Source: Felis catus
Taxonomy: Eukaryota
Assembly (NCBI RefSeq): GCF_018350175.1
Contig: NC_058375.1
Location: 105,648,001 to 105,712,000 of the forward strand
Reading direction: 5' to 3'
DNA: 64,000 bases
Shown here: piece after piece, positions 18,201 to 29,147 of the stretch
How positions within the stretch are numbered: the stretch's first letter is position 1
Layout: each line of letters starts with the position of its first letter
Made by a program: the position numbers and the translations under genes
Notes under the pieces: model-generated
Told to the model about the DNA's origin: nothing
The model's input: only the letters and a program-made list of their open reading frames with translations
Database searches by the model: none

Positions 18201-19688
18201 AGCAAATACCCAGGAGCCCGAGATCAGGATGTCTTCTTCAGACCAGCGGGCCAACACGTGGATGTCCACTGAGGACTTGGTTCATCCCGAGAGTACCATG
18301 AGCCAGTGGTCAACAGCAGGGTCCACCCCGAGACCGTGGCCACACCCCTCACCAACAGCCATGCCGCCAGCAGAGGACCTGCGGCTGGTTCTCATGCCCT
18401 GGGGCCCATGGCACTGCCACTGCAGGTCAGGCACCATGAGCCGGTCCAGGGCAGGCAGGCTGCAAGGCCTTTCCGGGCGCCTTCGAGTTGGAGCACTGAG
18501 CCAACTCCACACAGAGCACCGGCCTTGTACCTACCAGCAGTGTCCCTGCAACCGGCTTAGGGAGGAGTGCCCTCTGGACGCTGGTCTCTGCCCTGACACC
18601 AGCTGCACCACTCAGACCACCACCACCACCACCACCACCACCACTACCACCACCACTACCACTCCCATACCGCCCCTCAGCTCTAGACTCAGACCCACCC
18701 CCTTCCTCTTTGGCCCCAGCCCCAGCCCCAGCCCCAGCCCCAGTCCAGCCCTTGCTTTTTGGAGACGAGTCCGGATCGGGCTGGAGGATATTTGGAACAG
18801 TCTGTCTTCAGTGTTCACAGAGATGCAACCAGTAAGTGTTTGGTGATAGCCAAGGACCTTTGTTGATGAAAAGTCCTGACATCCAAAATCCTGTTGGGTC
18901 AACCAGCCGGTGTGCTTCCATGAACGTCATCTGTTTGGTCATTCATTCATAATATACTAGTTATTCACATTATTGTTAGCCATTGATTCCACTCATTTCT
19001 TGGGCAACTGCTGGTTGGTTAATGGGTAACATGTATGGATCGTTAGAGAATTATTGACCAAATTGTGAAGATTGTAGGTATATCAACAATTCTTGATGCA
19101 GACAATAGATGTGGAAGATATAAATCATTCTCAGCTCATGAATGCAGTCTAATAGTAACAACAGCTAATATTTAAGGTCTTACTATGTGCACTTTACCTG
19201 GATCGACCCTCACAACAATGCTGTGAGGTGTTATTCCGTTACAGAGGAGGAAATGGGGGGCATTGACACCAGTGCCGAAGCCCTCCACCACCACTATCCC
19301 AAAGAACTCCTGGGATGATTTCCAGTAACTTAAGAATTCTTTGGGAAGAATAGTCCTCTGCATTACCAAATGAACTACCAAAGGTTCTGATTGACTTGAT
19401 AAAATATTCTCAATTGTTAGGATTTCGGGACCTTTGTGGGAGAGAGGAAGGACACTAAAATAGTATATACAGTCAGTCATTTTGCAAGTTTGTTTTTGTC
19501 CTTCTCCCCAGGTATCCAATACCAATGATTCAATATAAAGAAGCCTAAGTAGGGGGCAGTAGCGTTGAGGAAATGAGGGCTTATGGGGAGAGGGAGATGA
19601 AGCAAGGAAGGGAAAACATAGATGTGGTTCTAACATTTCCCCTCTTCTCTTCTGTTTTCTTACCCAGCTAGAGAGAAACCGCAGGTAA
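17785..19688 (+). CDS. C1orf56: C1orf56 / MENT orthologue, secreted-type protein, 355 aa
   Basis: Exon 1 is 17785-18831: signal peptide MVPAAGALLWALLLSLGPRVAGA, then DRLAGPAAAELLA, LRLVLMPWGPWHCHCRSGTMSR, Cys-rich CTYQQCPCNRLREECPLD and FWRRVRIGLEDIWNSLSSVFTEMQP; donor CCA|GTAAGT. Exon 2 is 19668-19688 (LERNRR*), after a pyrimidine tract and CAG. Confidence 0.95.
18616..18663 (+). repeat. Coding (ACC/ACT)16 trinucleotide repeat encoding poly-Thr16 in C1orf56
   Basis: ACC x9, then ACT ACC ACC ACC ACT ACC ACT, read directly from the sequence. Confidence 0.95.
18715..18744 (+). repeat. Coding (CCCAGC)4 CCCAGT hexamer repeat encoding (Pro-Ser)5 in C1orf56
   Basis: Read directly from the sequence. 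Confidence 0.95.
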
Positions 19689-20236
19689 TGGCCACTTCGT
19701 CCTCAAGAGAAGGTGTCAGCATCTCAACCTCCCCACCCTTTCAATCCCAGAACCTACTGGATATTTTTAGTACAGAAAAAATTAGAAAAAATATTGGTCT
19801 TGTGTCTCTTTACAGACGTATCTGAGGGTGGAGGCCAGAAATCTCTTCAACCTTAAAACTGAACCGTGTAGCTAACACCATCGGGCCTGATCCCTTCCCT
19901 TGTCCTCCAGCATATTTCACCCCCACTCCGTACCCCAGGATAAAATGTTCATGTTGCTCCTCTTCCTCCTTTCCCAAGTTTTTAGTGATTTTTTAAAGAT
20001 GAAGAATCTCAGATGAAAGCCAAGAAGAGGGAATAGGAAGAACAAGGAGGTGAGCTCTTGGAAAAGGATGGTAGTCTTCTTATCTTCACAGTACTTGGCC
20101 TTCTCTCCTTGGAAAGGGTGATGTTGGCACAGAATTCCATGTCGGCTACTTCCTAGGAGTGACATCAACCATATCTGTCCTTTGACCCAACACACACCTG
20201 TAGTGATCACTCTGCGACTATTTTGCTTACACGTTT

Positions 20237-20242
20237 TTTATT
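20237..20242 (-). terminator. Likely CDC42SE1 polyadenylation signal (AATAAA on the minus strand)
   Basis: TTTATT on + at the end of an AT-rich stretch, about 2.3 kb into the CDC42SE1 terminal exon. Confidence 0.65.
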
Positions 20243-21357
20243 TGAAAAATGTAGTTAAAAGTCCAACACATTTTTAATATAAATTATGACTCTTGAACCC
20301 ATTGCCATCACTCTTAAATATTGTTAAAGTGATGGTAGCATACACATTAGAAAAGGTAGCTAAAGGCAAAAGAACACCAAAGAAGACTGTGTCCAAAGAA
20401 AAGACATCAGAATAAGGCTAAAGATCAGGGTGTCCTGAGTCCACGGGCCCCCCCATCTTTCTACCCTATCCTGTTAACCCTTCAGATTGAGTATAACTCT
20501 CAGGCCATTAAGCTACTTTAGGACAAGATGAGCTACTTTCAGAGCAACTAGCTAGATTTGAACAATAAATTGGGAATGTATGACCAATCTTAGACCCTGA
20601 AAAGGGCAGGAAATACACTGAAATGGAAACACAATTAGAACCTGTCACTAGAGGAGGGACACACTGGATGGATGGTGGTCTCAGCAGAGTGGATCCTAGT
20701 TCCCACATTCCTGACCCCATCACCATCAAACAGGATGCTGCTTGTTACGGAGCTAATGAGAGACCCCCCACCCTCTCAGTCTCTGAGCAGGCGGGAGCTC
20801 ACCGGTTTTGTCCTGCCTTCCTAACCACCCTGCAAGGAAGGGGACAGAAGAAACACCTGAGAAAACAAACTGCCTAAAGACCCTGTTCCTGCATTATTTT
20901 CCCACCTAAAGCAGACTCTTCAGCCAGGTGGGGAGTGGGACCTGGTCTTCAGACGAAACTCCCTGAGTCTTATTCGTATCTGGTTCTAGGACCAGGGCAC
21001 AGAAAGAGAGCTTAAAGTTTGCAGAGGACACACCAGGGTGTCTGTGGCTCTCTCTATTGCCTCTTCTCCCTCCCTCTCCCAATCTCACCAAACCCTGTTC
21101 CTGCCTCCATACTACAGGAACCCCTTCTCCACAAACAAGAACAGAGAAGGGTAGTAGGCATCGCATCCACCGGAGACATGAACCCATGTGAGCAGAGCAA
21201 TACCCTGAATAAAGAGCCTGTTTTAGAGATGATGTGTGGCCCCGTTGAGCCTGCTTTCTAGAGGGCCTAGTTCATCAATGGCTCAGGCTTCAGATGAATA
21301 ATGAAATGGGTGTAGGGTGAGGAAAACACTTTACAGAGAGATACCTGGACTCTTGAG

Positions 21358-21545
21358 CAGTGGCCCTCAACTAGGGGTGATTTTTGCCCCCGGGGGGAGA
21401 CATTTGGCAATACCTGGACATTTTTGGTTGTCGTAACTAGGATGGGCCAGATGTGCTACTAAATATCCTAGGATGCACAGGATAGTCCCCCATTACAAAG
21501 AATTACCCAACCCAATGTCAAAAGTGTCTGGGTTGAGAATCCATG
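21358..21545 (+). mobile_element. MER20-like hAT-Charlie DNA transposon remnant in the CDC42SE1 3' UTR
   Basis: CAGTGG..CTCAAC..GGGG.GATTTTTGCCCC..GACATTTGGCAAT..GACATTTTTGGTTGTC..ATGCACAGGA..AAAGAATTA..GGTTGAGAA matches the MER20 consensus as I recall it. Confidence 0.8.
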
Positions 21546-22840
21546 CACTAGAGGTGTCCCCACTCCCATGTGGTAAGGACTGGAAGATCCCTAAACTTAC
21601 AGACGATTGTTTTCAACCAACCACTCCTCCCATCTTCAGTGGTTTGGAGGTCCACTCAGAGACCTACCTCCTAGTTTTGCAACATTCTGGGTTTCTCTCC
21701 AGATCCCTCTTTCTCCTCACCTGGGCCAGCAGGGAGATTGGCAGAGGGCAGGCAAGGTCCCCAAGAGTTAAATGGAATACCATCAGGTTAAGATCCACCT
21801 CTAACCTAGGTCTTAATCAATGGGAAACAAAAACGTTCCTAGTGGGGATGGGGTCAAGGGTAGAGGTAGTAGAAGGAGGGAGGTCATTAAGAGAACTCAT
21901 CTTAAAATTTTAATTAAAGATGTTGGGGGACTCACAATGCTACAGAAACAGGGTTAGAGGCCTAATTAGAGAAAGACCCTGGTAGTTGCAGAGAGATACT
22001 GAGGGGCTGTGAGCTTAAAGTCTGAGATCTAAAGAGAAAGAGTAGACTCGGCAGTGGTCACCCTCCCCTCCTCTCCCTGCTTGACGTCTGCTTCAGTTCA
22101 TTCCAGGAGGAAGAAGAAGGGCAGGTAAGGAGCTTCTCAGCAAAAAGCCGGCTTCAGCTTTGGGAATCTCACTCACCTACCCCATTTAAGGAGTTCCAGG
22201 TTAAGAGTTTAAAACAGATGGCACCTAGACCGTCATTCAGGAGAAGGGAACTTATCCTGGGTTCCCAGAAAACTCCTATCTCAGATCTGAGAGTGTCCGG
22301 GGCTTCAGCTGAGCTCCTCTGGCCAACCAGTAGTCACTTGGTCAGTCCTGCTGCCTTGACCCCATCTCCAGGAGGGGCTATAGCCAGAGGGAATAGAGGG
22401 AGTCCAGCCCCCAAGCCTTCTGAGGCACTAATAGGCAGATAGGGAAAAGAGGGACCCGGGGGTCACTGGTTCTAGGAGGGAGCAACATCTCTTCTGGGCT
22501 GGACATGGAGTGGAGGCTTCGACAGCAGAACCTGATTTAAAAAGAAATTGAAGAAGGAAGATTAGTCTCAAGGAAAACTGAGGCCTTAGGGGTAAGGCAC
22601 CACCTAGTGTAGACTCTCGGCTATTTCCGCAGCATGCTCTTTTCTCGATTTCTATCTGTCTGTGCCCCGCTGTCTCTCTGCCCTTCTGGGTCCTCCATTC
22701 TTGACTCCCCCATCCTAATACTTGCTTCTCTCACCTCCCATTCTTGCAGGGGATCGGGGTTCTGAGGGGGGCGTCAGGATGTGCTATCGGGCTGGAGATG
22801 TTGGACGGGTGTCCTTAGTTACTTACCATTCCTGTCGGAG

Positions 22841-24300
22841 CTACAAGCCCCTAGAATTGCTCCATGGCCTGTCTCGGTTTCCCTTGGATCTCATCTGCTC
22901 CTGGACAGCACCTGTCTGTGAAAAAGCACACGTGAGACCCTCATCCTGTCTTGATATCACACAGGAAGCGATCTCCCCTGTGCTCTCCATGGAAGAGGCG
23001 GACCCCATTGCTTAGGCAAAAAAAAAAAAAAAAAAAAAATCAATCTGAAAAGGTTAAAACCAACCACCATTCTTCCAAGGGAAGTTTCAGTGTCTCCCTT
23101 CATACTGACTTTCATGAGAATAAGATAAAATGGGTCTTCTACTAATAAGACTCTCACAAAGGACTCTCTCATATTTATCGGAGTTTCACAATTGGTGAAA
23201 AGACTCCTTCACTATCTCCAGGCCTATTTCCCTTGTTCTGAGAGCAGAAAAGTGTATTAGACATTATTTAGGACAGGGGTGCTCAGTCAGTCTTTTTCCT
23301 GTCCTAATGCACCCGGCCACAATATGACTATTAACTCTTAACTAATAGAAGGGTCTGGTTTGGGGGAAAAGCCCTCCAAGTAACTCTGGGGTCACATATA
23401 TCCCCTGTCCCAGTAAAGAATAATTTACTAATTATAAAAATGAGGGAGCTTAGGCCAGAAACCTGAAATGCCAGGTCTCAGGTTTATGTGGCTGGTGACC
23501 AGGACTAGAATCCTAGCCTCTTACTTCCCCATCGATATTCATATGTCCCCTGCTTAAACTTCAAAAAAGGGGAATGGTTCTAGGCCGCAATCCCACATCA
23601 ACCTCTCCCCACTGCCTTGTTACCATGGTAAGTCCATCTCCGGCCCCCATCTCCCCAGAGCCAATGTGAGTCAGGTGGACAAAATTCATTGGTTCCCCAA
23701 TCATGGTCCGGTCAATTCGTCTCCTCTTCTTCTTCTGCTTAGAGAAGACAGGGGAGTTAAGTCTGAAGCCCCCTCTTCCACACGAAGTGTGGAAAACCAC
23801 TAAAGGAAGAGCTAAGGGCCTGATGGGCAAGGGTATGTGGCATCACAACAGGGAAATCACTATGGTCTAACAATATAAACACAGAGAGGACACAGGCAGG
23901 GTGACAATGACAGGAGCCTGCAGAGTGAATGCCAAAGAAAGGACATATCAAAGTCACCTCTGGCTGATGAGGAAATAATGGGGGGGGTGGGGGGGGGGAC
24001 GGACAGGTATTAAGCTCCGCCTACAACTCCCAGAATGGACAGAAACAGGAAGTGACAGCTAGGGCTATTCAGTTCCTCTGTCTCCCAGTTCCCCTGTATC
24101 CCATGTGCACACCTGCCTGGCCATAGAGACTACTGTGACGGAAAGGGAGGCAAGCAGGGTGCTTTCTGGGTGCTGTGTTTGCCTTACAGGACGCGGTAAC
24201 TGACTTCTGTGTGTGCTGGGGTGGGGGTGGGGGGTTGGGGACTCACCGGCTGGGGTTTCTCTACCACGCAGCAACCTAGTTTGTGCCAGAATTCACTCAT
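22841..24300 (-). CDS. CDC42SE1: CDC42 small effector protein 1 (SPEC1), 79 aa, CRIB domain
   Basis: Coding exons on the minus strand: 24300-24247 ([18 protein letters not shown]), 23734-23624 ([37 protein letters not shown]) and 22915-22841 ([24 protein letters not shown]). Total 240 nt. The exon 2 acceptor is at 24561-24562; the UTR-only terminal exon starts at 22531. Confidence 0.98.
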
Positions 24301-27300
24301 GTTCCCTGATGGTTCCAGTTTCACTCCTCTGCCTGAGGCCCCAGAGGGCTCTTGCTCTGGTGCTTTGACTGCCCACTCCTCAGTGCCCTCAGGTGTAATG
24401 ACAACCCGGGTTTACTCAGCTGGACAGGTCTGGAGACAGCACAGTCTGTGGTACCCTTGGCTGGGCAGTGAAGGTCAGTGTCTCCGACCCTGAGGGACTA
24501 GCAGGATGAGACTGGGGTGAGCAGGCAGGCACAAGGTTATGTCTTCTCAGCCCCAGAAACCTGGATGGGCAAAAAGTAAAGAGAGAAGAAAGTTGGTGAG
24601 AAATCCCATCTCTACCACCAGCCCCTCCTTGAGAAGCCTCTTGATGAGCCTAGATCTTCTTGTTCTCTCTTAAAGACCCTGGTCCTGCACCCAACACTAA
24701 CCTCTCCAAACACAGGAACCTCACAGTGTGATGCCCAGAGAAAGGAAAAGAACCAGAAGGGCACCAAGCGGTTGAGGAGCTGCTGGAACCAAGGGAGAGG
24801 CAGGGAATAGAAGCATTTAGGGTGAGGATGGGAGGGGCCAAGGGACACTGGCACAAAGGAGCAGTTTTGGGGGTGCCACAAGTCCCTCCTCCCATCTCCC
24901 TGGGTTTAGGGCAGAAGGGGAGGGGCAGTTAAGTGACCTTTAAGAGGAAATGGTGGTTTTTTTGTTCTCACAAACAGGGCCTCCACCCTTGTCCCTCCCT
25001 TTTTCCTTGCCTTACCCTAAACATCTAGATTTTCTTTAAGACCAAGAGAGGCCTTGACTGCCCAGGTTGTAGTTGACTAACTGCAGCAGGTTGGACCTCA
25101 AGAAAGACTTTCTATGGTGAGGAGTTTCTTCCCTCTCTAATCCCTGCCCTTGTTCCTCCTCATTTCCTTCAATTGAGATCCAACCTCTCCCTTCAACAGC
25201 TCCTTTATTACTCGACCTTGAGATCTTTCCCGAAGGCTGTATACACCACACTCCTGCGTGTGCACCTCTGTGTGCACATGTGGCACGGCCAGGATTCCTG
25301 CGTGTGTGCCTTGGACAGATGATCTGTGCACAGGCTGTAGGGACACAGGTACCAGGTATCTTCTGTCCCACAAGGCGTCTTTCTCCAGCTCCCCACCCTC
25401 TTCACATGTCCCATCGTGCAGTGCCGCTCTGCTCTGCCTCATCCCCCATGGGGCCTCAGGCCTTCCCGCCTGCCTCCTACTCTCATGCTGTGACCTGTTC
25501 TCTCCTCCCTCCTCTCCACTTCCATTCCCAAGCTTCACCAGCCAACCAGACATGAGGAACTTTCCAACAGCATTAGTGTCCAGGGAAGAACTTCCTTCCC
25601 TTTTCCTCCCGGCCAGCCAGGCTAGGGCACACCTGGGTTTCCCCTGGGCTCACTGCACTTCCCCAGTCCTATGATACAGGCAGCCTCAAAGACTCCAAAT
25701 GGGGCTGCTTCATGAGTATTACACTCTAGCACGAATAGGAATCTCCCTCCCCTCCACACCTGGAACCCCGATGCTCTGGACCCAAGACCGCTCTAAGAAC
25801 TGAGAGGATTTTCTAATATAGCTTTGGGATGAGATCACACAAACACTAAGATACAGCTTGTAGGGGAGAGAAAGACCTAGGAGCCTGAGCTTTACTTCCC
25901 TTCCCACCACTGGAGGGGAGGAGTAATGAGACAGGGGCGGAAGTCAGAACACAGCTGTCCAGAGAGGGGAGCTGTGGTCAGTGGGGAAGTCAGTCAGTCA
26001 CAGGGTTTGTCGCAATGGTGGTGGTGGCGGGTGTTAAGGGCTGCAGGCGGGGGAATGAAGAAAACAATGGAGAATCAGAGGAAACCCCCAATACCACCAG
26101 CCAGGCTTTACAGAGAGTGGACTCTCCCCCAACACCCAGCTGAGTGGACAGAAGTGGAGGGTGGGAGGGAAGAGGAGAGAAGAGGGGAGAGGAGAGGGAG
26201 GGAAAGGGGCAGTGGAGAGAACAAGGACGTTTCTGTTCCTTTTCCAGGGATCTGGCAAGAGCTGGGTGGAGGGAAAGCATGTGTGTGTGGGACTTGGCAC
26301 GAAAGGGCCAATGATGATGAGAAGTGACCAGGAAATTCCATTCCCCAGGACACAGAACATAAGGGTCTCTGAAACTTGGCAGGGGAGTCGGAGTGTGGAG
26401 AAGGGTGGGCAGGGTGAATGTGGTGGTGGCAGGGGGTACAGGCCAGAAAAGGAAGTAAGAGCAACGGGCTGCCACTCTCCTTTAAAGTATCTAGAGATGA
26501 GTGGGTTGAGGAAAAATGAAGTCCGGAGCTGGTAAGCCCAGGAGGAAGAGACACCTGCATTCACTGCCCACTCTTTTAGCCCCCCAGTGGAGGGGAAGGG
26601 GCTGGGAAGAGAGCAGGAGGACTCAGCATTAGACTGTGTAAGGCCATATCCTGACAGCCTAGTAGCATTGAGAACTGGGCCTGAGTCCCAAACAGGAAGG
26701 CTGAACGATGGAGCTGGGAGACACCAAGGTCACACTAGGACTTAGGAGCTTCCCAACCACTGGGGGAGTAAGCAGGAGGAGGGATGGGAGAAAGGTTCCA
26801 GTGGGAAAGGATGTACAGAGGTAGTTCCCCGGTCCTGTTCTAGCCCCAAACCGGTTTTCCCGGTCCCGCTGCCTTCAGCCCCAAGGCCTCCAACCCGCTG
26901 CCCAACAAGCCTTCACAAGAAGCAGCTGGAGAAAGAGAAAGAGAACTGAGAGAATGGAGTGGGCAATTCTGGCTCTCAGCCCGGTGCTGCAGCTGGTTCC
27001 TTGTGGAGACCTCCCGACACGCAGGGCTGCTGAGGGGCTCCGGGGAAGTAGGGGAACAGCACTCTTCGATCAAGTGACAGGCATCTGCCCCAGTACCGAC
27101 TGTGCCTTTCCCCAAGGAAGGTCTTGTGGGGGCTTACTAGGAACTGGAGCTAGGCCCTAAGCTCCCTCCCCAGGAGACTCAGTCCCATGGACTGCATTTC
27201 TGTCCACTCCCCAACTCTACCCAGAAATCCTCTGCTCCTCCCAACGCTGAACTAGGATTGGGATCCCGCTGTGAATTTTCCAGACTGTCACTGTCTTCCG

Positions 27301-27359
27301 TGGCTGCTTTGGCCTCAGATTTGGCCGTCCCAGGACCCAGCTGTGTGCTTCACTGTCCA

Positions 27360-28500
27360 GCACACGCCACCGCCGAGGTTAGTGCGTCTCGGAGACTTTA
27401 TCCCCTCTGGCCTCCGTCCCCCCACCCCCCCATCCCAGTCCCTCCCTGCCCTCTGCCCTTCAGCGGCCACGGCCTGCGCACCGCACGGGCGGGGATGGAG
27501 ACTGTTCCTCTGGGAACGCACTCCTCTTCCCACCAACCCTGCATCTCTACAGTCCCAGCCTCCCTCCCCCCCACCCCCAGCATCCGGTGCGTCTCCACCC
27601 GGCAGCGCAGGCGGGGCTCACCGCCCGGGGACCCCCGCCGCGGTCTCACCTGCCGCGCTTCGGTGTCGAGGCGTGCGGCTGCTGCGGGTGGGGGCTCCCG
27701 CGCCGTGCCCGCCGGTGTGGGGTTCCCGGGCTGGCTCCGCGGCGCGGTGGGAGAGCCGAGGGCGGGCCGGCAGAGGTGGGGCTGGCTCGGGGCGGAAACG
27801 GCGGCGACGCGATTACGAAACCCGTCCGGCCCGGAGCTGGGCGCACTGCTCCCCCCCGGACTGGGGAGGCACTGCACCACACGGGGCCGTGGGAGGTGGC
27901 CTGGCGGCTTCGGCCGGCTGGCACCCCTGCGCGGGCCGGGGGCGGGGGGGGGGCGCCCAAGCCGCGATGCCCGCAGCCTCACGTCCCCCCCTGCGCGCCA
28001 GGCATTGCGGGGCAAAACTAAGAGGAGCCCCCAAATCCCCCGGGCCCGGCTAAGTTTAGAGATTCGTGGAAGCACCCCACCCTATCCTCCCGTGCTCTCC
28101 CCGAAGTGGAACGGGGCTAGGTTTATTTACTCATTGTGAGGGTGCGGAGGCGAGTCGCAGGAGTAGGGATTGGAGGGGGGAGGGGCGAGGATTTTTTTTC
28201 GGATTCTCAAAAATAAAACATTTCGTAACTTGAAATCCTTAAATTGAGGCATAAAGGGACACCCCTCTATTGTTATCCAGAGTTAAGCTTTTTAAATCCA
28301 TAAGCCTAAAATTAGGGGACAATTAACTACTCATTCATTGCACCCCAGGCACCAGGGGGGTGCGGGAAGAGCTCCGGAATAATTGTGCCGACCAATAAAG
28401 CCTACGGAGATGCTTTAATCCTGTCTCCCTCCCTGAAGTGTTCTGGAACCTATCATTTGAATTAGCCGAGTCAGGCAAGGAGGGGGCGGGGAGTCCTTCC
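27360..28500. promoter_or_regulatory. CpG island / divergent promoter region of CDC42SE1 (-) and MLLT11 (+)
   Basis: Very high CpG density at 27450-28160. CCAAT at 28392-28396 and GC box GGGGGCGGGG at 28482-28491. The two genes point away from each other. Confidence 0.85.
27650..27900 (-). other. CDC42SE1: Probable non-coding first exon of CDC42SE1 (5' end approximate)
   Basis: Minus-strand donor CAG|GTGAGA (CTCAC at 27645-27649) inside the CpG island. A second possible donor, GCG|GTGAGC, lies at 27617-27621. Confidence 0.6.
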
Positions 28501-28693
28501 GCCCTTCTTAGGAGGGGCTGCATTGCAGGGGGAGACTGAGCAGATAGACTCAGCCACTGGAGCGAGAGAGGGAGTGAGAAGACAAAGCCGTCAAAGCCCC
28601 AACAGCTTGCTTTTTCTCCAGCCCTGAGCAGACGCCGGAGCCTCGAGGTACTCCTTCCATCTTGGGAACACACTAGTAATTCACTGATAACAG
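28495..28693 (+). other. MLLT11: MLLT11 non-coding exon 1 (start approximate)
   Basis: Ends at donor CAG|GTAAAC (28693/28694). Resembles the MLLT11 5' UTR as I recall it; splices to the acceptor at 33090-33091. Confidence 0.7.
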
Positions 28694-29086
28694 GTAAACT
28701 AAATTGCGGGAAGGGGGGGCAAGGGGCTGCAAAGATAAAAGAGCAGCTGCTTCTGGTTAGGTTGAAGAGCCTTAATAAGGATGAGGTGGGGACAGTTCAA
28801 GAGAAGGGGCGCTGTGAACAATGGGTAGGTTTTGGTCACCTTTTTAGATCCCTTTGCTAAGATTTCCATTATTGCCTTCTAATACACAGACATTAATTTC
28901 TAACAATTGACATGGAATTATTATTTCTCAGCGTTTATCTCATTTCAAGTATCTATTTGCCTATAATTTGTCTTAGGTGTTTTATTATCTTCATTTGTTA
29001 TCTCCATCTTCCTTTTCAAGCTATAATTTGTTTTACCTGTTTTTTGATGAATCTGTAGTCTTACTGTATTGCTCTAGCCTGTACTT

Positions 29087-29089
<3 letters not shown>

Positions 29090-29125
<36 letters not shown>

Positions 29126-29147
29126 TACACACACACACACACACACA
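29090..29147. repeat. Compound (TA)n(CA)n microsatellite in the MLLT11 intron
   Basis: Read directly. Confidence 0.9.

Noticed and set aside
27439-27482. Possible REST/RE1 site for MLLT11 (TTCAGCGGCCACGGCCTGCGC; also half-site TTCAGCACC near 31835)
   Set aside because: Spacing and several core positions deviate from the RE1 consensus; cannot be supported without a PWM scan.
27258-28139. Several long ORFs (293, 260, 225 aa) on both strands
   Set aside because: Expected stop-codon scarcity in a CpG island; low-complexity Pro/Arg/Gly/Ala translations, mostly non-ATG starts.
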